The notes under the pieces: generated by a model
Seen by the model: the letters and a program-made list of their open reading frames with translations, nothing else
The model's database searches: none
Told to the model about the DNA's origin: nothing
Assembly: GCA_038883795.1 (NCBI GenBank)
Contig: JAVZLK010000003.1
Coordinates: forward strand, 1 to 64,000
Length of the DNA stretch: 64,000 nt
DNA from: Candidatus Bathyarchaeia archaeon
GTDB taxonomy: Archaea; Thermoproteota; Bathyarchaeia; Bathyarchaeales; Bathycorpusculaceae
Direction of reading: 5' to 3'
Made by a program: the position numbers and the translations under genes
Shown: in pieces, positions 55,851 to 64,000 of the stretch
Layout of the letters: every line of letters starts with the position of its first letter
How positions within the stretch are numbered: position 1 is the stretch's first letter

Positions 55851-56620
55851 TGAAGATAATTGTTACGATGGGTCGGGGTGGAACGGGAAAAACAAGTTTT
55901 GTGGCTTTAATGACAAAATACTTCATAGAAAACGGAGAAAAACCATTATTGTTGGTGGACGCCGACCCAGACCAAAACCTCGGCGAAATGCTGGGCGTAG
56001 ACTTAAAAGAAGAAGGCAAAAAAACAATTTCAGAACTCCTCGTAGAAACTTTTCTCGAGCAGGGCGGGACAACAGTAGGCGTTCCGCCAACAGAAAGGAT
56101 TGAAAGCAGGATTTGGGCTTACGGCATACATGAAGGCGAATTCTTTGATTTTATCGCCCTTGGAACAAAATGGGTTGAAGGGTGCTACTGTCTTCCAAAC
56201 GCAGCATTAAAAGGCGCTTTAGAGGCTTTAACAAAAAATTACAAATACATTCTTATAGATTCGCCTGCTGGTTTGGAGCATTTGAATCGGAGAATAACCT
56301 CACGCGTGGATGACATTTTCGATATTATTGATCCTTCCAAAAAATCCTTCGACCATGTGGAACGAGCCTATCGCATTGCCCAAGAAGTTAAAATTGAATT
56401 CAAAAATTTCTATATCGTTGGCGGTTTTAGATTTCCAGAAGAGCTGGGAAAGCAAGCTCAAGACAGTTTAAGGCTTAAATTTTTGGGCAAAATCGCCCGT
56501 GACGAACTGGTTGAAGAGTATGTTCTGGCTGGAAAATCTTTGTTGAATCTTCCTTCAGAGTCTTCGGCTTATGTTTCTGTTAAGAAGATAATGAGTGAAG
56601 CTGGTTATAGTAAACGGTGA
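55847..56620 (+). CDS. cooC: CooC-type nickel insertion ATPase, second paralog
   Basis: GRGGTGKT, VDADP, GCYC, DSPAGLEHLNR. Confidence 0.9.
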   Translation: MMKIIVTMGRGGTGKTSFVALMTKYFIENGEKPLLLVDADPDQNLGEMLGVDLKEEGKKTISELLVETFLEQGGTTVGVPPTERIESRIWAYGIHEGEFFDFIALGTKWVEGCYCLPNAALKGALEALTKNYKYILIDSPAGLEHLNRRITSRVDDIFDIIDPSKKSFDHVERAYRIAQEVKIEFKNFYIVGGFRFPEELGKQAQDSLRLKFLGKIARDELVEEYVLAGKSLLNLPSESSAYVSVKKIMSEAGYSKR

Positions 56621-56721
56621 TTTGGTTATCTGCCAATTTTGGTTCATGTTTAATGGAAGATAATTTCAGAAAAACTTAAAATAACACGTTAATAACCTTA
56701 CATCTTCAAAACCTTTCGGTT

Positions 56722-59079
56722 GTGTTATGGTTGAGTCGAAAAGGTTTACGTGTAAAGATAGACGAAATGAAAACCGATGTGGGCTTAATCAAAAACCTTG
56801 AACTTTCCATTGGCAAAATAATCGAAGAAGCATGGACCGAAACCATGGGACCAACACCGTTTCCATCACTAACAGCCCTAAGAGAATGGGACATGAGGCT
56901 TCTTCAACGTTATAAGCCATTTTACATGCCCTTCTGCGACGTTTGTTGTTTATGCACTTTTGGAAAATGCGACTTGACTGGAAACAAGCGTGGCGCCTGT
57001 GGAATAAACATGTCAGCCCAGCAGTCGCGAATTGTTCTTTTGGCTTGTTGTATAGGAGCAGCAACCCACATTGGGCATGCCCGCCACTTGGTTGAGCATT
57101 TAATTGAAAAGTATGGCAGCAACTATCCCTTAGACGTGGGCGGATTAAATGTTGAGGTTGAAGCCCCAGTAACCCGCCTTGTTTGTGGAATAAAACCCCA
57201 AACCCTCGGCGACCTAGAAGAAGTTTTAGACTACCTTGAAACGCAAGTTACCCATCTCTTGTCAGTAACGCACACGGGACAGGAAGGAAGCAACATTGAC
57301 TTTGAATCAAAAGTTTTTCACGCTGGAATGGTTGACCAAGTTGGAATGGAAGTTGCAGACATCGCCCAAATAGCAGTTTACGGCTTTCCAAAGGCAGACC
57401 CAAACGCTCCTCTTGTGGATTTGGGGTTTGGCACAGTAAACGTGCAGAAACCCGTAATCCTATGTATTGGACACAATGTTGTTCCCTCTGTTGGAATAAT
57501 TGATTATATGAAAGAGAGTGGGCTTGACGGCGAAATTGAGGTTTGCGGACTTTGCTGCACAGCCCACGACATAACAAGATATTATAAGCGTGGAAAAATT
57601 ATAGGCCCTATATCGTGGCAGCTGCGTTTTATAAGAAGCGGCGTTTCAGATGTTGTGGTTTTAGATGAGCAGTGTATTAGGGCTGATGCTCTTTACGAGT
57701 CTGAAAAGGTTAAAGCGCCAGTAATAGTTGCTTCAGAAAAGAATTGTATGGGTCTGCCAAACCGCACCAACGACCCAGCCGACGCTATAGTCGAAGACTT
57801 AGTTAGCGGAAAAACTCCAGGCGTACTAATCCTCGACCCAGAAAAGGTTGGGGAAGTTGCCGTTAAAGTGGCGTTAAAGGTTGCTCCATTAAGGAAGAAG
57901 TTTAAGGCAATCCCAGAAGCTGACGAAGTTATTCAAAGGGCGAAGGAATGCAGACAATGCAACGACTGCAGAAGAGCTTGTCCCCAAGACTTACACATTC
58001 CAGAAGCCATGAAAGCAGCTGCAGAAGGAAACCTAACACTTTTTGCGGATTTATATGAGTTTTGTGTTGGTTGTGGACGCTGCGAAGAAGCATGCCCAGT
58101 CGGATTACCAATTCACAGCTTTATCGTAAAGGCTGGAGAGAAAAAACTGAAAGAAGAAACCTACAAAATAAGGGCTGGCAGAGGCGCCATCCAAGACGTT
58201 GAAATAAGGAATGTTGGTAGCCCAATTGTCCTCGGCGAAATCCCAGGTGTTGTCGCCGTTGTGGGATGCGCCAACTATCCTAAAGGCGGTTTGGAAGTGG
58301 CTGAAATATGCCGTGAATTTGCCAACAGACGCTACATAGTTGTAACTTCTGGATGCGCTGCCATGTCAGCTGGCATGTATAAGGATGAGGAAGGAAAAAC
58401 ACCCTATGAGGCGTTTACTGGCGAATTTGCCGCTGGCGGAATCGTCAACGTAGGCTCTTGTGTTGCAAACTCGCATATTGCAGGAGCTGCAATAAAGATT
58501 GCAAATATATTCGCAAAACGCAATTTAAGAGCAAACTATGAAGAAATAGCCGACTACATACTTAACCGTGTGGGCGCCGTAGGCGTTGCTTGGGGAGCCT
58601 ACTCTCAAAAGGCAGCGTCAATCGCAAGCGGATGCTGGCGTTTAGGAATTCCAGTAATTGTTGGTCCTCACGGAACAAAATACAGGCGAATGCTTTTAGG
58701 AAGGGCAGACCGCGAAGAAGATTGGTATGTTTATGATGCCCGTTCTGGCGAACGAGTGTATGTTGGTCCAGCGCCAGAGCACCTTTTCTACGCTGCTGAA
58801 ACTAAGGAGGAAGCCATGGTTATGATTGCTAAGCTTTGTATGCGTCCCAATGACACTACTAAGGGAAGAGCAATAAAATTGACCCATTACATTGATCTGC
58901 ATAAAAGGTTGTTTGGAACCATGCCTAAGGACATACACTTGTTTGTTCGCAATTTAGGCGACATACCAATAACAATGAAGGATGAAATAATAAAGATTCT
59001 TGAGGAAAAGGGTTGGAAAGAAACCGTAATTCCAGACCCAACTCTACTGCCGAGACTAATTAGGAAGAGGAAGGAGTGA
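56722..59079 (+). CDS. cdhA: CO dehydrogenase/acetyl-CoA synthase alpha subunit (true start may be TTG at 56731)
   Basis: MGPTPFP, CCLCTFGKC, IGHN, GLCCTAHD, two ferredoxin motifs, GCANYP, GSCVANSH. Confidence 0.97.
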   Translation: MLWLSRKGLRVKIDEMKTDVGLIKNLELSIGKIIEEAWTETMGPTPFPSLTALREWDMRLLQRYKPFYMPFCDVCCLCTFGKCDLTGNKRGACGINMSAQQSRIVLLACCIGAATHIGHARHLVEHLIEKYGSNYPLDVGGLNVEVEAPVTRLVCGIKPQTLGDLEEVLDYLETQVTHLLSVTHTGQEGSNIDFESKVFHAGMVDQVGMEVADIAQIAVYGFPKADPNAPLVDLGFGTVNVQKPVILCIGHNVVPSVGIIDYMKESGLDGEIEVCGLCCTAHDITRYYKRGKIIGPISWQLRFIRSGVSDVVVLDEQCIRADALYESEKVKAPVIVASEKNCMGLPNRTNDPADAIVEDLVSGKTPGVLILDPEKVGEVAVKVALKVAPLRKKFKAIPEADEVIQRAKECRQCNDCRRACPQDLHIPEAMKAAAEGNLTLFADLYEFCVGCGRCEEACPVGLPIHSFIVKAGEKKLKEETYKIRAGRGAIQDVEIRNVGSPIVLGEIPGVVAVVGCANYPKGGLEVAEICREFANRRYIVVTSGCAAMSAGMYKDEEGKTPYEAFTGEFAAGGIVNVGSCVANSHIAGAAIKIANIFAKRNLRANYEEIADYILNRVGAVGVAWGAYSQKAASIASGCWRLGIPVIVGPHGTKYRRMLLGRADREEDWYVYDARSGERVYVGPAPEHLFYAAETKEEAMVMIAKLCMRPNDTTKGRAIKLTHYIDLHKRLFGTMPKDIHLFVRNLGDIPITMKDEIIKILEEKGWKETVIPDPTLLPRLIRKRKE

Positions 59080-59086
59080 AAAGCCT

Positions 59087-59629
59087 ATGGCGACAGCTGA
59101 ACCTTGGCAAACAGCAGAAATTCCAGGACCAAAAAAGGCTCTGGTAATCCCAAAAGCTGAGGTGGTGGCAGCAATGATAAAAAGGGCAAAACGCCCCATA
59201 CTAATTGTTGGACATAAGGCTGCAGAAATAGCCTTTGAAGACAAAAAACTCATAGATTATATGATTGAGATGGCAAAAAAGGCAAAAATTCCAGTAGTAG
59301 CCACAGCCCACATGGTAAACGAATTTTTAAAGAGGGGTTATCAACCAGCGGATTGGATGCCCGCCGTGGACATTGGAAATAGGTTAGCTGATGCCGCCTG
59401 GACCGGTCTTGATGGTAATGGACGGTATGATTTAGCCTTGTTTGTTGGGCTTCCATATTATATGGAGTGGACAATCCTTTCTGGACTGAAACATTTTGCT
59501 CCAAACCTAAAAACTATAACTTTAGATAATTATTATCAGCCTCATGCAAGCTGGTCATTCCCAAACATGTCAATTAAGGATTGGATGGAAAATCTTAAGG
59601 TAATAATTGAAAAGGTTGGAGGAGAATAA
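59087..59629 (+). CDS. cdhB: ACDS epsilon subunit
   Basis: IKRAKRPILIVG, WTGLDGNGRYDL, YYQPHASWSFPN. Confidence 0.95.
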   Translation: MATAEPWQTAEIPGPKKALVIPKAEVVAAMIKRAKRPILIVGHKAAEIAFEDKKLIDYMIEMAKKAKIPVVATAHMVNEFLKRGYQPADWMPAVDIGNRLADAAWTGLDGNGRYDLALFVGLPYYMEWTILSGLKHFAPNLKTITLDNYYQPHASWSFPNMSIKDWMENLKVIIEKVGGE

Positions 59630-59630
59630 A

Positions 59631-61040
59631 ATGTCAATGTTTAAGGACATACCAGTCGACGTAGGCGTTATCTATGAAGGCGAAAGAATCCGCAAAGAAG
59701 ATATGTACGTGGAACTCGGCGGACCAAAAGTTAAAGAAAAATTTGAACTTGCAAGGGTTAAAAAACCAGAAGAAGTTGAGGACGAAAAAGTAGTCATTCT
59801 CGGACCAGACTTGAAAGACATGGAGGAGGGAAAAACCTACCCCTTTGGCATCCTCATAGAAGTTGCTGGTCCCACCCTTGAGCCAGAATTGGAAGGTGTA
59901 ATAGAAAGGCGCATCCACGCATACTGCAACTACATTGAGGGCTTCATGCACCTAAACCAGCGCTATGATATTTGGCTTAGGCTTAACAAGAAATCCTTCC
60001 AGAAAGGCTTAAACTCCTTCCAATACATTGGAAAAGTTTTGCATAGGCTTTTCAAAAGCGAACTACCCATAATCGAGAAGATTCAAGTAACTTTCATAAC
60101 GGACCCAGAAAAAGTGAAAGAACTCTACAACGAAGCCATAAAAATTTACGAAGCGAGAGACGCCAGAGCTAGGGGGTTAAAAGACGAGGAGGTTGACAAA
60201 TTTTATGGATGCATTTTATGCCAGTCCTTCGCTCCAACCCATGTCTGCGTAATAACACCACAACGCTATTCAAACTGCGGAGCCATAAGCTGGTTTGACG
60301 GCAGGGCAGCAGCCAACATAGACCCTAAAGGACCAGTTTTCACCATTGAAAAGGGCGAACTGCAAGACCCGGTTAAGGGAGAGTTTTCAGGCGTTAACGA
60401 TGCCGTGAAAAAGAAGTCTTTGGGAGAAATCACGCGGGTTTGGCTTTACACAGCCTTCGGCTATCCGCATACATCTTGCGGTTGCTTTGAGGCTGTAGCC
60501 TTCTACATTCCAGAAGTCGACGGTTTCGGAATAATCCACAGAGGTTACAGAGACATAGCTGTGAATGGTTTAGGCTTTTCAACGCTGGCTGATTCAACGG
60601 CTGGGGGACGCCAAGTTGACGGATTCCATGGAATATCCATAGAATATATGCGCTCTCCAAAGTTTCTACAGGCTGACGGAGGATGGAACCGTGTGGTTTG
60701 GCTGCCAAAAGAAGTCAAGGAAAGGGTGAAAGACTTCATCCCCGCAGAACTTCTCGACAAGGTTGCCACAGAGGAAGAGGCAAAAACAATTGATGAGCTC
60801 AAAACTTTTCTTAAAGAGCATAATCACCCAGTTGTGGAAAGGTGGAAAGAAGAAATTGTAGCCGTTGAAGAAGCTGTCCCAGCTGAAGCCAAGGAAGAAG
60901 CTGCTCCAATGCCAGTTGTTACGGCATCCACTTTGCCAATAACTGCTGGAGGCTTCAAAATAATATTGAAAGATGCGAAAATCTACGCCAAAAAAGTCAT
61001 TGTTCGTTCCATGAAAAGTGAAAAAGCAGAGAAAAGGTGA
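59631..61040 (+). CDS. cdhC: ACDS beta subunit (acetyl-CoA synthase)
   Basis: YEGERIR, ELGGP, CILCQSFAP, HTSCGCFE, FLQADGGW. Confidence 0.97.
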   Translation: MSMFKDIPVDVGVIYEGERIRKEDMYVELGGPKVKEKFELARVKKPEEVEDEKVVILGPDLKDMEEGKTYPFGILIEVAGPTLEPELEGVIERRIHAYCNYIEGFMHLNQRYDIWLRLNKKSFQKGLNSFQYIGKVLHRLFKSELPIIEKIQVTFITDPEKVKELYNEAIKIYEARDARARGLKDEEVDKFYGCILCQSFAPTHVCVITPQRYSNCGAISWFDGRAAANIDPKGPVFTIEKGELQDPVKGEFSGVNDAVKKKSLGEITRVWLYTAFGYPHTSCGCFEAVAFYIPEVDGFGIIHRGYRDIAVNGLGFSTLADSTAGGRQVDGFHGISIEYMRSPKFLQADGGWNRVVWLPKEVKERVKDFIPAELLDKVATEEEAKTIDELKTFLKEHNHPVVERWKEEIVAVEEAVPAEAKEEAAPMPVVTASTLPITAGGFKIILKDAKIYAKKVIVRSMKSEKAEKR

Positions 61041-62263
61041 AAACCTTGGCGAAAAAAGAGAAAGAAGAAGTCTTAGGAATAAAACTGAGCCCACGCTTAA
61101 TAGAGCTTCTTGCAAAACTTCAAGAAATTGAGCTTGAAGATTTTGAAATGAGCGTTGGCGACTTAGAAATTTGGATACAACCAGGCGCTGTGGCAGCCCC
61201 AGCCATCACAGTGCCAAAAATTGTTCCACCAGCCAAAGCCAAGCCAACAGCCATAATCGAAACGGAGTTCATACCACCAGTTGAAACTTATCCGGGCAGG
61301 GTTGTTGAAGTTAAACTTGGAGCCACAAAAAGCGAAGGCGGCACCCGTGGAAAATCAATAATTATTGGCGGCGAAACAACCCCAGCCTTCTACACTTTTG
61401 AAAGGGCAATGCCGCATCCGCCGGTCATAGCCGTGGACGTTTTCGACATGAAGGTTCCATTGCCAAAGGCTGTGAAAATGCATGTGAAAGATGTTATGGA
61501 AGACCCAGCGGCTTGGGCTAAACTGGCTGTTGAAAAGTTTGCGGCAGACCTCTTAACTGTGCATTTGATAAGCGTAGACCCCCTCATTAAAGATGCCCCA
61601 CCAAAAGAGGCTGTGAAAACCATAGAAGAGGTTGCTCAAGCCGTGGATGTGCCCCTCATAATTGGCGGTTGCGGAGACCCGGTTAAGGATGCAGATGTTT
61701 TTGAGGCTGTGGCTGAAACTTTTGCTGGAGAAAGATTCCTAATAAGCTCTATAACAAGGGACATGGATGTGGAGAGATGCGCAAAGTTCGTGAAAAAATA
61801 TGGGCATGTGGCACTATCCTTTACGCCAATGGATTTGAACCTTGCAAGAGAACTCAACCGCCGCCTTTACGATTTTCTGCCAAAAGAGGACATAGTTATG
61901 GATTTGACAACAGCAGCCCTTGGCTATGGTCTGGATTATGCATTTACCAATATGGAGAGGGCTAGGCTTGCAGCTTTAATGGGAGACCCAGAATTAGCCC
62001 ACCCCATGTCTTCTGGAACCACAAACGCTTGGGCAGCAAGAGAGGCGTGGTTGGAAATGGCTCCGCAATGGGAACCAAGAGAGTTGAGAGGTCCCTTATG
62101 GGAGGTTATTACGGCTTTGACGTTATTGCTTACTGGTGTTGACTTATTTATGATGATGCATCCAGCCGCCGTCAAAACCATAAAAGACGTAATTAACCAG
62201 TTGCTGGGAAGTGGTTCTGGTAATGCTGAACGGCTTATGGAATGGGTTTCCATGAAAATTTAA
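61037..62263 (+). CDS. cdhD: ACDS delta subunit (corrinoid Fe-S protein, small)
   Basis: LGATKSEGGTR, VDVFD, ALGYGLDY, NAWAAREAW, MMHP. Confidence 0.95.
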   Translation: MKTLAKKEKEEVLGIKLSPRLIELLAKLQEIELEDFEMSVGDLEIWIQPGAVAAPAITVPKIVPPAKAKPTAIIETEFIPPVETYPGRVVEVKLGATKSEGGTRGKSIIIGGETTPAFYTFERAMPHPPVIAVDVFDMKVPLPKAVKMHVKDVMEDPAAWAKLAVEKFAADLLTVHLISVDPLIKDAPPKEAVKTIEEVAQAVDVPLIIGGCGDPVKDADVFEAVAETFAGERFLISSITRDMDVERCAKFVKKYGHVALSFTPMDLNLARELNRRLYDFLPKEDIVMDLTTAALGYGLDYAFTNMERARLAALMGDPELAHPMSSGTTNAWAAREAWLEMAPQWEPRELRGPLWEVITALTLLLTGVDLFMMMHPAAVKTIKDVINQLLGSGSGNAERLMEWVSMKI

Positions 62264-62281
62264 ACTGGAGCGTATAAGCAT

Positions 62282-63715
62282 ATGAGCGAAAGGGAAGTTA
62301 AGGGGAAGGTTGGCGTAAAAGAGTTAAGTCCAATAGACGTTTACAAGCTTCTTCCAAAAACCAACTGCAAAGAATGCGGCGAAGAAAACTGCATGGCTTT
62401 CGCCACAAAGGTTGTCAACCGTGAAATAACCATCGAAAAGTGCCCGCCACTTTTAACAAAGGATTATGAAAAGGCTTACCGACAGCTGAAGGAGATGCTG
62501 AAGCCAGCCATAAAAGAAGTTGTCATAGGCGCCGGAGACAAAGCCGTAAAAATCGGCGGAAAACTTGTCATGTACCGCCACGAATTTACCTATTTTAACC
62601 CAACAGCCATAGCCATAGACGTAACCGACGAAATGCCCGAAGAAGAAATTTTGGACAGAATAAAGAAGACTGAGGATTTTAGCTTCGAATACATTGGACA
62701 AACATTAAAACTTGACATGATAGCCATACGCTCCACATCAAACAACCCAGAAAAATTTAAGGCAACTGTCAAGAAGGTGGCTGAAAACACACGCCTACCA
62801 CTAATATTATGCTCATTAAACCCAAAAGTTCTCGAAGCGGGATTGGCGGCTATGCCAAAATCGAAACCGCTCTTGTATGCCGCCACAAAAGAGAACTGGA
62901 AGGATATGGCTGAAATAGCACTTACATACCAATGTCCGCTAACAGTTTTTGCGCCTGGCGATTTGAAAATGCTCAAATCATTAACAAAAACCCTGCTTGA
63001 GTATGGAGTTGAAGACTTGGTTTTGGATCCCGGAACTTTTCAAGGCGAGGGCTTAGCGGACACGCTTAACAATTTTGTTATGATTCGGAGGGCGGCATGC
63101 AAGAGGGGCGATGAGCTTTTGGGTTTTCCGTTGATGGGTGTTCCTATGGTTGCTTGGATGGAGAAGGGCGAGGCTCCAGAGGAAATTGCCAAGTGGAGAG
63201 AAGCCTATTTGGCGGCTATGCTCATTGTCCGATTTGCAGATGTTCTCATAATGCATAATGTGGATGGTTGGGCGCTTCTTCCGCCAGTCATACTGCGCCA
63301 AAACATTTACACAGACCCAAGAAAACCGGTGGCTGTCGAGCCAGGCTTAAAAGTTTTTGGAACCCCAGACGAAAACTCGCCAGTGATGTTCACAACAAAC
63401 TTCGCCCTAACATACTACACAGTAGCCTCAGACATTGAAAATGCAAAAATAAACACTTATTTGCTGGTGGTGGACACGGAGGGAATAGCCGTAGACAGCG
63501 CCGTAGCCGGAAGAAAACTAACAGCAGAGAAAGTCGCCGAAGCCATAAAAACGTCAGGAATAGAAGGCAAGGTTAAACATAGAAAACTAATAATTCCAGG
63601 AAAGGCAGCTCGCCTAAGCGGAGAAATCGAAGAACTAAGCGGATGGCAAGTGCTTGTTGGACCCCGCGACTCATCAGACATACCAAAATTCCTCCAAGAA
63701 AAATGGCAAACCTAG
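62282..63715 (+). CDS. cdhE: ACDS gamma subunit (corrinoid Fe-S protein, large)
   Basis: LPKTNCKECGEENCMAFA, YRHE, RQNIYTDP, TTNFALTY, VGPRDSS. Confidence 0.97.
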   Translation: MSEREVKGKVGVKELSPIDVYKLLPKTNCKECGEENCMAFATKVVNREITIEKCPPLLTKDYEKAYRQLKEMLKPAIKEVVIGAGDKAVKIGGKLVMYRHEFTYFNPTAIAIDVTDEMPEEEILDRIKKTEDFSFEYIGQTLKLDMIAIRSTSNNPEKFKATVKKVAENTRLPLILCSLNPKVLEAGLAAMPKSKPLLYAATKENWKDMAEIALTYQCPLTVFAPGDLKMLKSLTKTLLEYGVEDLVLDPGTFQGEGLADTLNNFVMIRRAACKRGDELLGFPLMGVPMVAWMEKGEAPEEIAKWREAYLAAMLIVRFADVLIMHNVDGWALLPPVILRQNIYTDPRKPVAVEPGLKVFGTPDENSPVMFTTNFALTYYTVASDIENAKINTYLLVVDTEGIAVDSAVAGRKLTAEKVAEAIKTSGIEGKVKHRKLIIPGKAARLSGEIEELSGWQVLVGPRDSSDIPKFLQEKWQT

Positions 63716-63736
63716 CAATATTTTGCTTCTTATATT

Positions 63737-64000
63737 TTAGAGGATTAGTTGAGTTATTATTAGAGCTGCGATGAGTATTGGCAGTATTTTGAGTGCTTTC
63801 TTGTTGAATTTTTGGGCTTCTTCTGTTTTCTTTGCATCTACGAGTTTCATGATGTAAACAGACGCTGAGAGGTTGTAGAGGAAAATCGCGTATATGGCGA
63901 GCATCATTCTGTCAGCTAAAGTAAGATAGCCTACTGGAGGTATACCGCTGAGTAATGCCAAATGAAAAGCTGTAGCAGACATGAGGGTTGTGACGCCTAA
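63737..64000 (-). CDS. C-terminal TM region of a pentameric ligand-gated ion channel-like protein (5' end beyond the window)
   Basis: The frame is open to the window edge: LGVTTLMSATAFH (M2), IPPVGYLTLADRMM (M2-M3 loop and M3), final M4 helix. Confidence 0.65.
   Translation of the reverse strand, partial: LGVTTLMSATAFHLALLSGIPPVGYLTLADRMMLAIYAIFLYNLSASVYIMKLVDAKKTEEAQKFNKKALKILPILIAALIITQLIL

Noticed and set aside
55062-56620. Two tandem cooC genes
   Set aside because: Multiple CooC/AcsF paralogs commonly accompany CODH/ACS clusters.
199-63681. Many 60-220 aa antisense or alternate-frame ORFs in the track
   Set aside because: They lie within well-supported genes and lack motifs; treated as shadows.

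Overview
Archaeal chromosomal window, most consistent with Bathyarchaeia or a related TACK lineage. This is inferred from eL38, DUF1512, a stand-alone 5S rRNA, non-canonical tRNA introns, archaeal-type AlaRS/LeuRS and a five-subunit ACDS operon. The backbone is housekeeping: leuS, alaS, tiaS, tyrS, pheS/T, trpS, pelota, PolB, DnaG, Tsr3, TtuA, MetAP, RNase P RNA, 5S rRNA, tRNA-Arg and tRNA-Trp. The window ends with MetF-like/split-MetE genes and the Wood-Ljungdahl cooC-cooC-cdhABCDE cluster. Most notable observations: (1) two integrase-less ~1.2-1.4 kb cassettes with shared ends but different cargo, stacked in tandem at the tRNA-Trp 3' end (integron-like array); (2) a 2.5 kb helicase/YHS/Alba/OB-fold islet bounded by a duplicated RNase P RNA 3' end; (3) a CstA transporter module with two single-domain ArsA/Get3 ATPases (one with a natural switch-I D->N), two paralogous 90-aa proteins and a possible CCDC47-like membrane protein; (4) an unannotated ~220-nt structured RNA upstream of tyrS; (5) degenerate catalytic motifs in LeuRS (KMSKS->QMHRH) and the PolB exonuclease; (6) a partial pentameric ligand-gated ion channel-like gene. 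All calls come from reading the sequence and recognising motifs; no searches were run. No CRISPR array, transposase or integrase was seen.
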